A stretch of DNA of 64,000 nt from an uncultured Candidatus Binatia bacterium (lineage in GTDB: Bacteria > Desulfobacterota > Binatia > UBA9968 > JAJDTQ01): contig OZ251459.1 of the NCBI GenBank assembly GCA_965242525.1, forward strand, positions 2,976,001 through 3,040,000, given 5' to 3'. The translations under genes were made by a program, and so were the position numbers. This document shows positions 18,571 through 29,314 of the stretch, one piece after another; the stretch's first letter is position 1; every line of letters starts with the position of its first letter. The notes under the pieces were generated by a model. That model was given only the letters and a program-made list of their open reading frames with translations, was not told the origin of the DNA and searched no databases.

Positions 18571-19035
18571 ATGCCCATGGCAGGGAAGCTCAAGGAGACC
18601 GCGGGATTCTCGCTGACCGGCCAGCTCATCACCCTGGCCCTGGCCGCCATCCTGGTGGGCATCGCGGCCCCGTCCTACCTGGACCTCCTGCCCAGGCACC
18701 GGCTCAACGGCGCGGCGCGCCAACTGGCGGGGGACCTCATGTGGGCGCGCATGAAGGCGGTCCAGAGGAACAACCGGTTCCGGGTCTTCTTCCTGAACGA
18801 CCACGAGTACAAGATCCTCGACGACACGGACAACGACAACGACATCGACACCGGGGAGTGGACCGTCACCAGGGACCTGTCGGCCGAGTATCGAGACGTG
18901 GTGATGAGCGCCAACAACAACCCGATCTTCAGTCCCCGGGGGACCGCCAGCAGTCTCGCCACCATCACCCTCGCCAATGCCGCAGGCTCCAAGCGCATCA
19001 CCATCAGCATCGCCGGCCGCGTCCGGGTCCGGTGA
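18571..19035 (+). CDS. FimT/GspH-like minor pilin
   Basis: AGFSL plus hydrophobic helix, AARQLAGDLMWARMKAV, FSPRG. Confidence 0.8.
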   Translation: MPMAGKLKETAGFSLTGQLITLALAAILVGIAAPSYLDLLPRHRLNGAARQLAGDLMWARMKAVQRNNRFRVFFLNDHEYKILDDTDNDNDIDTGEWTVTRDLSAEYRDVVMSANNNPIFSPRGTASSLATITLANAAGSKRITISIAGRVRVR

Positions 19036-19045
19036 CGGCACCGCC

Positions 19046-19558
19046 ATGGGACCATCGACTCCACGCCGCAAGGACTGCCCGGACGGTCTCTCACGGACTC
19101 GGGCGCCGCGGAAATCCAGGGCGCCGCGGAAGTCCACCTCGCGCCGCAAGGGCTTGCCCTCGCAAGGAGCCGCGGTCGAAGGGACCGCCCGGCCCGCCCC
19201 ATGCAACAAGGGCTTCTCCATGATCGAGCTGCTGGTGGCCATGCTGGTGCTGTCCACCGGCCTGCTGGGCATGGGCCGTCTCACGGTCGGGGTGATCCGG
19301 GGGAACATCGACAGCCGGAACCACAGCGTCGCCACGCTCCTGACCCAGGACCGCATGGAGGGCCTCAAGGGTCCCGGCGGGGGGAACGCGAACCCCACCA
19401 CGGAAGCGTACGGGACCATACCCGGGTTCCTCCAATACAAACGGGTCACCGAGGTCCAGCGCGACGCGCCCGAAACCGGCCTGAGCACGGTCACCGTCAC
19501 CGTCTATTGGGACGAGGACGCGAGGTCCGCGGTCCTCAAGACCATCGTGAGCCAATGA
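19046..19558 (+). CDS. PilV-like minor pilin (start uncertain)
   Basis: KGFSMIELLVAMLVLSTGLLG prepilin motif, VTVTVYW. Confidence 0.75.
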   Translation: MGPSTPRRKDCPDGLSRTRAPRKSRAPRKSTSRRKGLPSQGAAVEGTARPAPCNKGFSMIELLVAMLVLSTGLLGMGRLTVGVIRGNIDSRNHSVATLLTQDRMEGLKGPGGGNANPTTEAYGTIPGFLQYKRVTEVQRDAPETGLSTVTVTVYWDEDARSAVLKTIVSQ

Positions 19559-19708
19559 CCGCCCGTCCGAGCATGCCCCGCAGGAGCTCCACGGAAGAGC
19601 CGCGTACCCTCGCGTGGCCCGCGGCGCCGCCGCTCCGTGGTGGCCGGGGCTTCACCCGAACGGCTGGCGGCGTCGGACCGGGGTATCCGCGGCTCCCCCG
19701 CGGCTTCA

Positions 19709-19912
19709 CGTCATTCCCGCGAAAGCGGGAATCCATCCATTCGCGGCCCCTCGCGGCCGCCGGGGTTTCACGTGGATTCCCGCTTTCGCGGGAATGACGG
19801 ATGGAGGTGGGGAATGACGGATGGAGACGGCCTTCAGCCAAGGACGGGTCTGCTACGTTTCACATGGATTCCCGCTTTCGCGGGAATGACGGATGGAGGC
19901 GCGGGAATGACG
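19709..19912. repeat. Family A REP cluster (three full copies plus half-sites)
   Basis: One forward and two inverted GTCATTCCCGCGAAAGCGGGAATCCA units. Confidence 0.85.
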
Positions 19913-20500
19913 GGGCGGCGGCTCCCTCGCGGCCGCCGGGGCTTCACCCTGATCGAGCTTCTGGTGGTCCTGGCCATCCAGGGCGTGGTGCTGGCCGCGG
20001 TGGTCACCAGCTTTACCGGCCAGCTCACCGCCTACGACTTGCAGGAGCAACTCAACGAGATGCAGCAGACCGCGCGCGCGGCCATGACCATGGTGATCCG
20101 GGAGGCCCGGCTTGCAGGGTACGACCCCACCGGGACGGGTATCGTGGGCGCGCCATACGACGCCGACCCCACCCGCTTGCGCATCACCGCGGACCGCAAC
20201 GGCGACGGAGACGTCCTCGACGCCAACGAACGAGTGACCTACTTCCACGACCCCGGCCGACGGGTCCTGCGGCGCAGGACCGGGGTCGCGGGACAGCCCG
20301 TCGCCGAGAACGTCCAGGCGTTCACCGTGGAGTACCTGGACGCCGCGGGCAACCCGACGACGGTCAGCGGCGCCATACGAAGGCTCAGGATCACCGTAAC
20401 CACGAGGACCGCCAAGCAGGACCCGCGCTACCCGCACAACGGCGGACGCCGCACGCATACGCTGCGGTCGCTGGTGACGCCCGCGAACCTGGGGAATTGA
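19907..20500 (+). CDS. PilW-like minor pilin (start uncertain)
   Basis: RRGFTLIELLVVL prepilin motif, MQQTARAAM...REARLAGY, QPVAENV. Confidence 0.8.
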   Translation: MTGRRLPRGRRGFTLIELLVVLAIQGVVLAAVVTSFTGQLTAYDLQEQLNEMQQTARAAMTMVIREARLAGYDPTGTGIVGAPYDADPTRLRITADRNGDGDVLDANERVTYFHDPGRRVLRRRTGVAGQPVAENVQAFTVEYLDAAGNPTTVSGAIRRLRITVTTRTAKQDPRYPHNGGRRTHTLRSLVTPANLGN

Positions 20501-20542
20501 GGATGGAGTTCCCGGGGGACGGCTGATGGGGAAGCCGTGAAA

Positions 20543-20650
20543 GCGCGTCCTTCGACTTCGCTTCGCTACGCTCAGGACGAACGGAGGGATGACTTGGCCG
20601 ATCACCACATCCACCGCAGGCTCGGACTACGCTCAGGACGAACGGGGGGA
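20543..20650. repeat. Family B REP copies
   Basis: GCGTCCTTCGACTTCGCTTCGCTACGCTCAGGACGAACGG plus a second partial copy. Confidence 0.8.
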
Positions 20651-20653
20651 TGA

Positions 20654-20878
20654 CTATGCCGCAAGGAATTCTTCTACCGTGACGCCCGCTTGTTGAAGAA
20701 TCGCCGCGACCGTTCCTTCCGGCAAATCCCCCGGATGATTGGGAAGGGTCGTTCGGCGGCGGGTAGCGGGATTCCACCAGATTTCGTGGCTGCCACGAGC
20801 CTGCCGATCAAATGCAAATCCCAACCGTCTGAGTCTGCGAGACACCTGTCGATAGGTGAAACCGGCCAACCGGCCCAT
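20654..20878 (-). CDS. hicA: HicA-family toxin
   Basis: LGFAFDRQARGSHEIW, PNHPGDLPEGT. Confidence 0.9.
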   Translation of the reverse strand: MGRLAGFTYRQVSRRLRRLGFAFDRQARGSHEIWWNPATRRRTTLPNHPGDLPEGTVAAILQQAGVTVEEFLAA

Positions 20879-21123
20879 CAGGCGCCCACTGGAACGGTAA
20901 ACTCGAACGCAGCATCATCCATGGGACGCAGACCCTCGGGCAGCGGGTCGCCATGTTCTCGGTAGGATTCGATGAGCTTCTTCGCAACGTCTTGAGAAGT
21001 TTCCATCGTTTCGGCCAGCGTTCTCCCCTGGACCACGAGACCGGGCAGGTCTTCCGAGGTTGCAAGGTACTCGCCCGTGTCCAACCGCCTGATCTGGAGA
21101 CGCAACCGGTATTCTTTCGTCAT
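20878..21123 (-). CDS. hicB: HicB-family antitoxin
   Basis: YLATSEDLPGLVVQGRTLAE, HGDPLP; abuts hicA. Confidence 0.88.
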   Translation of the reverse strand: MTKEYRLRLQIRRLDTGEYLATSEDLPGLVVQGRTLAETMETSQDVAKKLIESYREHGDPLPEGLRPMDDAAFEFTVPVGA

Positions 21124-21359
21124 CGCATGTTCCTCTCGACGGGCGGTTGACCCGGGCTTCCGTATGGTGGAAACAGGGCTATCATGGACGGCTCGCGCCT
21201 TGCAACGGCCGCGGCGAGCAGACACCTGCTGCTATGTCTCGGTCGGGATAAGTGTTATCCTTGGACCGTGGGGGATCGGGGGGAATCCCGGTCACCGAGA
21301 GCCGCAAGGGTAGATACGCCACCTTGGGCCGTGGAGGCGCGACGGGAAGGCCGGAGCGG

Positions 21360-21989
21360 ATGCGGCGTTTCGTGACCATCGAGGGGGGCGACGGCGCGGG
21401 GAAGACCACGCAGGTCCGGCTGCTGGACGACTACCTGGGCGCTCGGGGCGTTTCCCGGCTGGTGACGCGGGAACCCGGAGATACCGGGGTGGGACGGACG
21501 GTGCGGCGCATCCTCATGGAGCGCGGCGGAGCCTCCCTGGCGGCCGGCGCCGAGTTGTTCCTGATCCTGGCGGACCGGGCGCAGCACGTCCAGGAGGTCA
21601 TCCGGCCCGCGCTCGACGCCGGCCGGTTCGTGCTGTGCGACCGTTTCACGGACTCGACCCTGGCCTACCAGGGTTACGGCCGGGGCATGGACCTGGACCT
21701 GTTGCGGGAGGCCAACCGCCTGGCCACCGGGGGCGTTGCGCCGGAGTTGACCATCATCCTGGACTGCCCGGTGGAGGCGGCGCGGGCGCGGCTGGGCCGG
21801 AGGTCGGGCCGCTCCGCTCCCGCGGACCGTTTCGAGGCCGAAGGCGCCGAGTTCCACCGGCGGGTGCGGGAAGGGTTCCTGGCGCTGGCCGAAGCCGACC
21901 CCTCCCGTTGCCGGGTGATCGACGCCGAGGCGCCGGTGGAGACCGTCCGCGCCCAGGTGGAGCGGGTCGTCGAAGAGCATCTCACGTGA
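21360..21989 (+). CDS. tmk: Thymidylate kinase
   Basis: FVTIEGGDGAGKTT, TREPG, CDRFTDSTLAYQG, DRFE. Confidence 0.95.
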   Translation: MRRFVTIEGGDGAGKTTQVRLLDDYLGARGVSRLVTREPGDTGVGRTVRRILMERGGASLAAGAELFLILADRAQHVQEVIRPALDAGRFVLCDRFTDSTLAYQGYGRGMDLDLLREANRLATGGVAPELTIILDCPVEAARARLGRRSGRSAPADRFEAEGAEFHRRVREGFLALAEADPSRCRVIDAEAPVETVRAQVERVVEEHLT

Positions 21990-22972
21990 CGTTGCGATTC
22001 CGGGACATCGTCGGCCATGAAAGCCAAGTCGAGGTGCTGCGGCGCGCCCTGGAGCGGGACCGGCTCCATCACGCCTACCTGTTCGCGGGGCCGGAAGGCG
22101 CCGGCAAGAGGACCACGGCCACGGCCTTGACCGCGGCCGTCCAATGCGCCGACGGCCAGGGGGATTCCTGCGGCGAGTGCCCGAGCTGCCTGAGCATCAG
22201 CCGCGGCAACCACCCGGACGTGCACTGGCTGGAGCAGCGCAAGGGCAAGCGGGACATCACCATCGAGCAGGTGCGGGAGTTGCAGAGGCAGCTCGTGCTG
22301 CGCCGCATGACCGGCGCCCGCAAGGTCGCGGTCATCGACCCCGCGACTTCCATGAACATCCATGCCCAGAACGCGCTGCTCAAGACCCTGGAGGAACCCC
22401 CCGAAAGCTCCCTGTTGATCCTCATCGCCAGCAGCACGGGCGGCCTACTGCCCACGGTGCTGTCCCGTTGCCTCCGGCTCCGGTTCTCGCCGCTGGCCAT
22501 CGAGCAGGCGGCCGCGGTGGTGGCCCGGCGGCTGGAGATTTCCGAGGACGACGCGCTGGTGCGGGCCGCCCTCGGCCGCGGCAGCCTGGGCAAGGCCCTG
22601 GCCGAAGACGACCCGGACCGGCTGGCGCGGAGACGCGCCTGTTTCGAGCGGCTGGCGGCGCTTTCGTCCGACGACGTCCGGGGCATCGGCGCGCTGGCGG
22701 AAGAGATGGGCGGCGAGCAGGAAAAGTGCCTGGAGTTCCTGGACTGGGTCAAGGGATGGTGGCGGGACGTCATGGTGCTCCAGGTCACGGACTCCACCGC
22801 CACCCTCTACAACCGGGACCTGCTGGAACGGCTCCGGCCCCTGGCCGCGAAACGGCGGGCGCGGGACTCCGCGGCCGTGCTGGCGGACCTGGACGACGCC
22901 GCCCGGGCCGTCCGCAGGAACCTCAACCGGCGCATGGTCCTGGAAGGGTTCCTCGGCAGGCTCCTGGGTTGA
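21986..22972 (+). CDS. holB: DNA polymerase III delta' subunit
   Basis: HAYLFAGPEG, CGECPSC, HPD, NALLKTLEEP, LPTVLSRC. Confidence 0.93.
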   Translation: MTLRFRDIVGHESQVEVLRRALERDRLHHAYLFAGPEGAGKRTTATALTAAVQCADGQGDSCGECPSCLSISRGNHPDVHWLEQRKGKRDITIEQVRELQRQLVLRRMTGARKVAVIDPATSMNIHAQNALLKTLEEPPESSLLILIASSTGGLLPTVLSRCLRLRFSPLAIEQAAAVVARRLEISEDDALVRAALGRGSLGKALAEDDPDRLARRRACFERLAALSSDDVRGIGALAEEMGGEQEKCLEFLDWVKGWWRDVMVLQVTDSTATLYNRDLLERLRPLAAKRRARDSAAVLADLDDAARAVRRNLNRRMVLEGFLGRLLG

Positions 22973-23001
22973 AGCCGAGCGGAAGGAGCGGGCGGAACGC
23001 C

Positions 23002-24561
23002 ATGGACCCCATATACTTCACCACGCCGCTGTACTACGTGAACGCCCAGCCGCACCTGGGGCACACCTACACGACCATCATCGCGGACACCCTCAAGCGC
23101 TACCACCGCATGCGGGACCGGGACGTGTATCTGCTCACCGGCACGGACGAGCACGGGGACAAGATCGCCCAGGCCGCGGCCGCGGACCACACCGGGCCCA
23201 AGGAGTACGCGGACCGCATCAGCGCGCTGTTCCGCGCCACCTGGGACGAGTGCGGCATCGACTACGACCACTTCATCCGCACCACGGACGACTACCACAA
23301 GGCCACGGTCAGCCGCATCCTGCAACGGATCCACGACGCCGGCGACATCTACTTCGGGGAGTACGGCGGTTTCTACTGCTACGGCTGCGAGCGCTTCTAC
23401 ACCGAGAAGGAGTTGCAGGAGGGCAACTGCCCCGACCACCAGACCCCGGCAACGTACATCGAGGAGAAGAACTACTTCTTCCGCATGGGCAAGTACCAGG
23501 ACCGGCTCATGGACCACATCCACCGCAACCCGGGGTTCATCACTCCCCAGCGGTACCGCACCGAGGTGCTGTCGTTCCTGCGCGAGCCCCTGGAGGACCT
23601 GTGCATCTCCCGGCCCCGGAGCCGGCTGCAATGGGGCATCCCGCTGACCTTCGACCAGGACTACGTGACCTACGTGTGGTTCGACGCGCTCATCAACTAC
23701 GTGAGCGCGCTGGAGGCCAAGGGCGCGGACTTCTTCGACGCCTACTGGCCCCGGGCGAACCACATCATCGCCAAGGACATACTCAAGCCCCACGCCGTGT
23801 TCTGGCCCACCATGCTCATGGCCGCGGGCCTGCCGCTCTACGACGAGTTGCACGTGCACGGCTACTGGATCATGGACAGCGGCAAGATGTCCAAGAGCCT
23901 GGGCAACGTGGTGCGCCCCCTGGACATGAAGGAGCGCTACGGCATGGACGCGTTCCGCTACTACCTGCTGCGCGAGATGGCGTTCGGCCAGGACTCCGCG
24001 TTCTCGCTGGAAGCGTTCGTGAACCGGGTCAACGCCGACCTGGCCAACAACCTGGGCAACCTGGTGAGCCGGGTCCTGGCCATGCAGAAGCGCTACTTCG
24101 GCGGAGTGGTGCAGCCCATGGGCCATGAACTCCGGGCCGAGGACCGGGAGTTGAAGGAGGCGTTCCTCGCCGCGGCCGCCAACATGGACCGGCACATGGA
24201 GGAGCTGGCCTTCCACCGGGCGCTGGAGTCGGTGTTCGCAGCGCTGGACCGGGCCAACCAGTACATCGTGCAGACGGCCCCGTTCACACTGGTCAAGGAC
24301 CCCGGGCAGAAGGCGCGGGTGGGCGAGATCCTCCACCACCTGCTGGAGGGCGTGCGCTTCACAGGCGAGTTGCTGGAACCCTTCCTGCCGGAGACGGGCG
24401 CCGCGGTGCGCAACCTCCTGGGACTGCCCGCCGGGGGTTCGCTCCGCACCGAGTGGGGCGGCTCCTTCCCCGAAGGGCACCGGGTCGAGCCGCCCGAGAT
24501 GCTGTTTCCCAGGATCGAGGAGACGGAGAGCGCCGGCGAAGGGAACGGTTCGGAAGGATGA
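23002..24561 (+). CDS. metG: Methionine-tRNA ligase (no C-terminal tRNA-binding domain)
   Basis: TTPLYYVN..PHLGH, GTDEHG, YVWFDAL, KMSKS. Confidence 0.96.
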   Translation: MDPIYFTTPLYYVNAQPHLGHTYTTIIADTLKRYHRMRDRDVYLLTGTDEHGDKIAQAAAADHTGPKEYADRISALFRATWDECGIDYDHFIRTTDDYHKATVSRILQRIHDAGDIYFGEYGGFYCYGCERFYTEKELQEGNCPDHQTPATYIEEKNYFFRMGKYQDRLMDHIHRNPGFITPQRYRTEVLSFLREPLEDLCISRPRSRLQWGIPLTFDQDYVTYVWFDALINYVSALEAKGADFFDAYWPRANHIIAKDILKPHAVFWPTMLMAAGLPLYDELHVHGYWIMDSGKMSKSLGNVVRPLDMKERYGMDAFRYYLLREMAFGQDSAFSLEAFVNRVNADLANNLGNLVSRVLAMQKRYFGGVVQPMGHELRAEDRELKEAFLAAAANMDRHMEELAFHRALESVFAALDRANQYIVQTAPFTLVKDPGQKARVGEILHHLLEGVRFTGELLEPFLPETGAAVRNLLGLPAGGSLRTEWGGSFPEGHRVEPPEMLFPRIEETESAGEGNGSEG

Positions 24562-25415
24562 CCCGCGCAGACCCGGGGCCGGCCGCCCTCATCGACACCC
24601 ACTGCCACGTCCAGACCGAAGAGTTCGATGCGGATCGGGAGGCGGTGCTGACCCGGGCCCGGGGCGCGGGCGTGGAGACCCTGGTGGTGGTGGGAGGCGC
24701 GGGCGACCTCTCCGCCAACGACAAGGCGGTGGCCCTCACGGAACGGCACGCCGGCCTCTTTGCCACCGTGGGCATGCACCCCCACGACGCCAAGGATGTG
24801 GGGGCGGAGGCCATGGACCGGCTGCGCAGCTTGGCTAGGCATCCCAAAGTGGTGGCCATCGGGGAGACCGGCCTCGACTTCCACTACGAGCACTCGCCCC
24901 GGCAGGCGCAGAGGGACATGTTCGAGCGTTTCGTCGCACTGGCGTTGGAGACCAAGTTGCCCATCGTGGTGCACAACCGGGAGTCGGACCGGGAGGTGGC
25001 GGAAACCATCCGGGAGCGCGGCAAAGGAAAGCTCGCGGGGGTCATCCACTGCTTCAGCAGCGACGCGGACGCGGCGCGGAGCTTCCTCGACCTGGGCTTC
25101 TACCTGTCGTTCTCGGGCATCGTCACCTTCCGGAACGCGGAAACGCTGCGGGACGTGGCCCGCTGGGTCCCCTTGGACCGCCTGCTCGTGGAGACCGACG
25201 CGCCGTTCCTGGCGCCCGTTCCCAAGCGGGGGCAGCGCAACGAGCCCGCCCACGTCCGTTTCGTGGCCGAGACCCTGGCCCGCGTGAGAGGGGTGGGCGT
25301 CGAAGAGGTCGCCCACGCCACCACTCGCAACGCCCGGACGCTGTTCGGGCTGCCGTCGGGGGAGACAGCGCCGGAAACCGGCGCGGCCGCTCCGGTCCGG
25401 GACGGGCCGACATAG
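24558..25415 (+). CDS. tatD: TatD-family DNase
   Basis: DTHCH, GMHPH, IGETGLD, HCFS, ETDAPF. Confidence 0.93.
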   Translation: MTRADPGPAALIDTHCHVQTEEFDADREAVLTRARGAGVETLVVVGGAGDLSANDKAVALTERHAGLFATVGMHPHDAKDVGAEAMDRLRSLARHPKVVAIGETGLDFHYEHSPRQAQRDMFERFVALALETKLPIVVHNRESDREVAETIRERGKGKLAGVIHCFSSDADAARSFLDLGFYLSFSGIVTFRNAETLRDVARWVPLDRLLVETDAPFLAPVPKRGQRNEPAHVRFVAETLARVRGVGVEEVAHATTRNARTLFGLPSGETAPETGAAAPVRDGPT

Positions 25416-25440
25416 GGAACCCCTGAACAAGGATGCGTCC

Positions 25441-26427
25441 ATGATCGACGGGGCCACGAAGCTCCTGGGGGTGATGGGATGGCCGGTGGAGCATTCCCTG
25501 TCGCCGGTCATGCAGAACGCCGCCATCCGGGCCGCGGGGATCAACGCCTTCTACGTTCCCCTTCCGTGTTCGCCCGGGAACCTCGGCCAAGCCGTGGCCG
25601 GACTGCGCGCCGTGGGGTTCGTCGGCGCCAACGTGACCATCCCGCACAAGCAGGCGGTCATCGAGCATCTGGACGGGCTGACCGACGAATCCCGCTTCAC
25701 GGGCAGCGTCAACACGCTGTACTGGCAGGGCGACCGGCTGATGGGGACCACCACCGACGCCGCGGGTGCGGTCTCGAACCTCCATGAGGCCGGCGTCGAG
25801 CTCGACGGCAAGCGCGTCACGCTCCTGGGGACCGGGGGCGCGGCCCGGGCGCTGGCCTTCGCGTTGGCCCGGGGCGGCGGCTCGGGCACGGGCGGCAGCT
25901 CGGGCACGGGCGGCAGCTCGGGCACGGGCGGCAGCTCGGGCGCGGGCGGCAGATCGGGCGCAGGCGGCAGATCGGGCGCAGGCGGCAGCGACGCAGTGTT
26001 CCGGCTGCCGGAGCTCACCCTGCTGGGCCGGGACCGCGGCAAGGCCGACCGGCTGGCCCGGGATGTGGCGGCGGGCGCCGCTTCGACCACCGCGGTGCGG
26101 TCCGGCCTGCTGGCGGAGTTCGCCGGGCGCGGAAAGGAGGCCGACCTCATCGTCAACTGCACTTCCGCGGGCATGGCCCCGGACGTCGAGGGATGCCCCA
26201 TCGACGCCGACCTCCTGGAGCCGCGCCACGTGGTCCACGACATCGTCTATCGACCCCGCGAGACGGCGCTGCTCAGGGAAGCAAGGCGAAAGGGATGCCG
26301 CACCGTCGAGGGCATCGGTATGCTCGTGCACCAGGGCGCCGCGTCCTTTCGGGCGTGGTTCGGCCGCGACGCGGACACGACGGCGATGTTCGAGACCTTG
26401 GCGCCCTTCGGTTACGGGAACGTCTGA
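25441..26427 (+). CDS. aroE: Shikimate dehydrogenase with Gly/Ser repeat insertion
   Basis: HSLSP, GANVTIPHK, VNT, GTGGAARA, DIVYRP, GMLVHQG. Confidence 0.92.
   Translation: MIDGATKLLGVMGWPVEHSLSPVMQNAAIRAAGINAFYVPLPCSPGNLGQAVAGLRAVGFVGANVTIPHKQAVIEHLDGLTDESRFTGSVNTLYWQGDRLMGTTTDAAGAVSNLHEAGVELDGKRVTLLGTGGAARALAFALARGGGSGTGGSSGTGGSSGTGGSSGAGGRSGAGGRSGAGGSDAVFRLPELTLLGRDRGKADRLARDVAAGAASTTAVRSGLLAEFAGRGKEADLIVNCTSAGMAPDVEGCPIDADLLEPRHVVHDIVYRPRETALLREARRKGCRTVEGIGMLVHQGAASFRAWFGRDADTTAMFETLAPFGYGNV
25873..25989 (+). repeat. 18-bp in-frame tandem repeat (GGCGGCAGCTCGGGCACG-like, about 6.5 copies)
   Basis: Encodes GG(S/R)SG(T/A) repeats. Confidence 0.9.
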
Positions 26428-26500
26428 ACAATAAGCGCGTCCTTCGACTTCGCTTCGCTACGCTCAGGACGAACGGGGGTAATCGTTCGGAGTTTCCCTA
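26415..26500. mobile_element. MITE family B copy overlapping the aroE stop
   Basis: GGGAACGTCTGAAC ... REP core ... GTTCGGAGTTTCCC. Confidence 0.7.
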
Positions 26501-26539
26501 CGGGTGACTGCCCAGAGTTTCCTTGCGGATGACGAAAAG

Positions 26540-26574
26540 AGAAAGGGGAGAGGGCTTGCGCCCTCTCCCCTTTC
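26540..26574 (-). terminator. Intrinsic terminator after groEL
   Basis: GAAAGGGGAGAGGGC/GCCCTCTCCCCTTTC hairpin followed on the minus strand by TCTTTT. Confidence 0.75.
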
Positions 26575-26599
26575 GAGTCGGCCCGGGTTTCGGCCCGGG

Positions 26600-28231
<1,632 letters not shown>

Positions 28232-28522
28232 TTACTCGACGATCCCGAGGATGTCGTCTTCCCGCATGATGAGATGCTCGTCGCCGTCCAACTGGATCTC
28301 GGTGCCGGAATACTTCCCGAACAGCACCTTGTCCCCTTCCTTGACGTCGAGAGCGACGACCTTGCCGTCCTCGCGCTTGCCTGAGCCAACGGCGACCACC
28401 ATGCCCTCCTGAGGCTTTTCCTTGGCCGTGTCAGGGATGATGATGCCACCCGCGGTCTTCTCTTCCTCGTCCAGCCTCTTGACGATGATCCTGTCGTGCA
28501 AAGGCTTTACTCTTGCCGGCAT
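28232..28522 (-). CDS. groS: Co-chaperonin GroES
   Basis: [38 protein letters not shown]. Confidence 0.97.
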   Translation of the reverse strand: MPARVKPLHDRIIVKRLDEEEKTAGGIIIPDTAKEKPQEGMVVAVGSGKREDGKVVALDVKEGDKVLFGKYSGTEIQLDGDEHLIMREDDILGIVE

Positions 28523-28561
28523 AGAAACCTCCCTTGAGAGTGTGATGATGGGTTTGGGCGC

Positions 28562-28590
28562 GAATCTAACCACGATTTCCTTGCAGTCAA
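28562..28590 (-). promoter_or_regulatory. Putative sigma70-type promoter for groES-groEL
   Basis: Minus strand TTGACT-N16-TAGATT upstream of groES. Confidence 0.45.
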
Positions 28591-28693
28591 GAGGGTGACG
28601 GTTGGAAAATTTCGTAGTAGAGTCCCCTTGCGGCTCCGGCGCGGGACCTTGCGCGGTCCGTCCGGGGCCAATCCCCTCATGGAGGTGTGACAG

Positions 28694-29314
28694 GTGCTGA
28701 AGATCTGGGGAAGGAAGACGTCGTCCAACGTGCAGAAGGTCCTGTGGTGCTGCGGGGAGCTGGGGGTCCCGTTCGAGCGCGTGGACATTGGCGGGGAGTT
28801 CGGCAAGAACCGGGAACGGCCCTACCTGGACCTGAACCCCAACGGCGTGGTGCCCACCATTGAGGACGACGGTTTCGTGCTGTGGGAGTCCAACAGCATC
28901 GTCCGCTACCTGGTCAACAAGTACGGCGGCGGGAAGCTGGTCCCGCAGACGCCCGAAGGACGGGGCGACGCCAACCGCTGGATGGACTGGCAGCTCACCA
29001 CCATGAACGCGGCCATGGTGCCGGTCTTCTTCGGCATGGTGCGGACCCCCGAGGACCGGCGCGACATGGCCGCCATCGAGAAGGCCCTCGGGGAAGCGGG
29101 GGCCAAGTGGGAGATCGTCGAACGGCATCTCCAAGGCCGCGACTACCTCGCGGGCGAGTCCTTCACCATCGGTGACATGCCTCTGGGCATCTGGGCCTAC
29201 CGCTGGTTCGCCATGGCCATCGACCGCCCCTCGCTGCCCAACGTGGAAGCGTGGTACGGACGGCTCCGGGAGCGCCCGCCCTACGGGGAGCACGTCATGA
29301 TTCCGCTTGGCTGA
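28694..29314 (+). CDS. Glutathione S-transferase (GstB-like)
   Basis: [34 protein letters not shown]. Confidence 0.92.
   Translation: MLKIWGRKTSSNVQKVLWCCGELGVPFERVDIGGEFGKNRERPYLDLNPNGVVPTIEDDGFVLWESNSIVRYLVNKYGGGKLVPQTPEGRGDANRWMDWQLTTMNAAMVPVFFGMVRTPEDRRDMAAIEKALGEAGAKWEIVERHLQGRDYLAGESFTIGDMPLGIWAYRWFAMAIDRPSLPNVEAWYGRLRERPPYGEHVMIPLG

Noticed and set aside
25413-26500. aroE mobilised between MITE ends
   Set aside because: The downstream MITE has its own left end near 26415; the upstream end is better read as a solo remnant
28523-28690. CIRCE element upstream of groES
   Set aside because: No TTAGCACTC-N9-GAGTGCTAA match seen
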